In this document: piece by piece, positions 63,821 through 64,000 of the stretch
How positions within the stretch are numbered: the first letter of the stretch is position 1
Layout: the number at the start of each line of letters is the position of its first letter
Source: Octopus vulgaris
Lineage: Eukaryota
NCBI GenBank assembly: GCA_951406725.2
Contig: OX597815.1
Span: forward strand, 167,896,001-167,960,000
Direction of reading: 5' to 3'
DNA length: 64,000 nt
Program-made: the position numbers and the translations under genes
The notes under the pieces: model-generated
Told to the model about the DNA's origin: nothing
The model's database searches: none
The model's input: the letters and a program-made list of their open reading frames with translations, nothing else

Positions 63821-64000
63821 ATTGTAATGATTACTTTTGTACAAAATTTTGCTCGCTTCTGTGTACGTTTATCTATGCACGTCCATGGATATGTATGCGT
63901 GCCTTTTTTATGTATACATCTACTTATGTATGTATGTATGTATGTATGTATGTATGTATGTATGTATGTATGTATGTATGTATGTATGTATGTATGTATG

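Overview
This is repeat-saturated, AT-rich animal genomic DNA. The dense (TA)n/(TATG)n/(GATA)n/(CA)n microsatellites and the tRNA-derived SINE families look like octopus (coleoid cephalopod) sequence; that is an inference. No host protein-coding exon can be supported, and nearly all ORF-track entries are translated microsatellites or SINEs. Identifiable content: a decayed IR/DR-type Tc1 element, a decayed Chapaev3-like transposon, hAT- and pogo-type MITEs, remnants of several LINE clades (RTE, CR1/L2, L1/Tx1, R4/Dong, HERO-like), and four or more SINE families. The main signal is a hammerhead-ribozyme (HHR) retroelement ecosystem inserted in (TA)n arrays. It comprises (i) a nearly intact 4.6-kb Penelope-like element (RT + GIY-YIG, one frameshift) with 961-bp inverted pseudo-LTRs, each carrying a type I hammerhead; (ii) a 510-nt retrozyme-like unit present as a ~1.3-mer whose 5' end falls at its own hammerhead cleavage site; and (iii) several further short elements with canonical or variant-core hammerheads, two of them as fold-back inversions. 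Also notable: a 60-nt piece of the 28S rRNA peptidyl-transferase region embedded in a TSD-flanked SINE composite. All coordinates and alignments were read by eye, and family names come from recalled motif profiles, not database searches.
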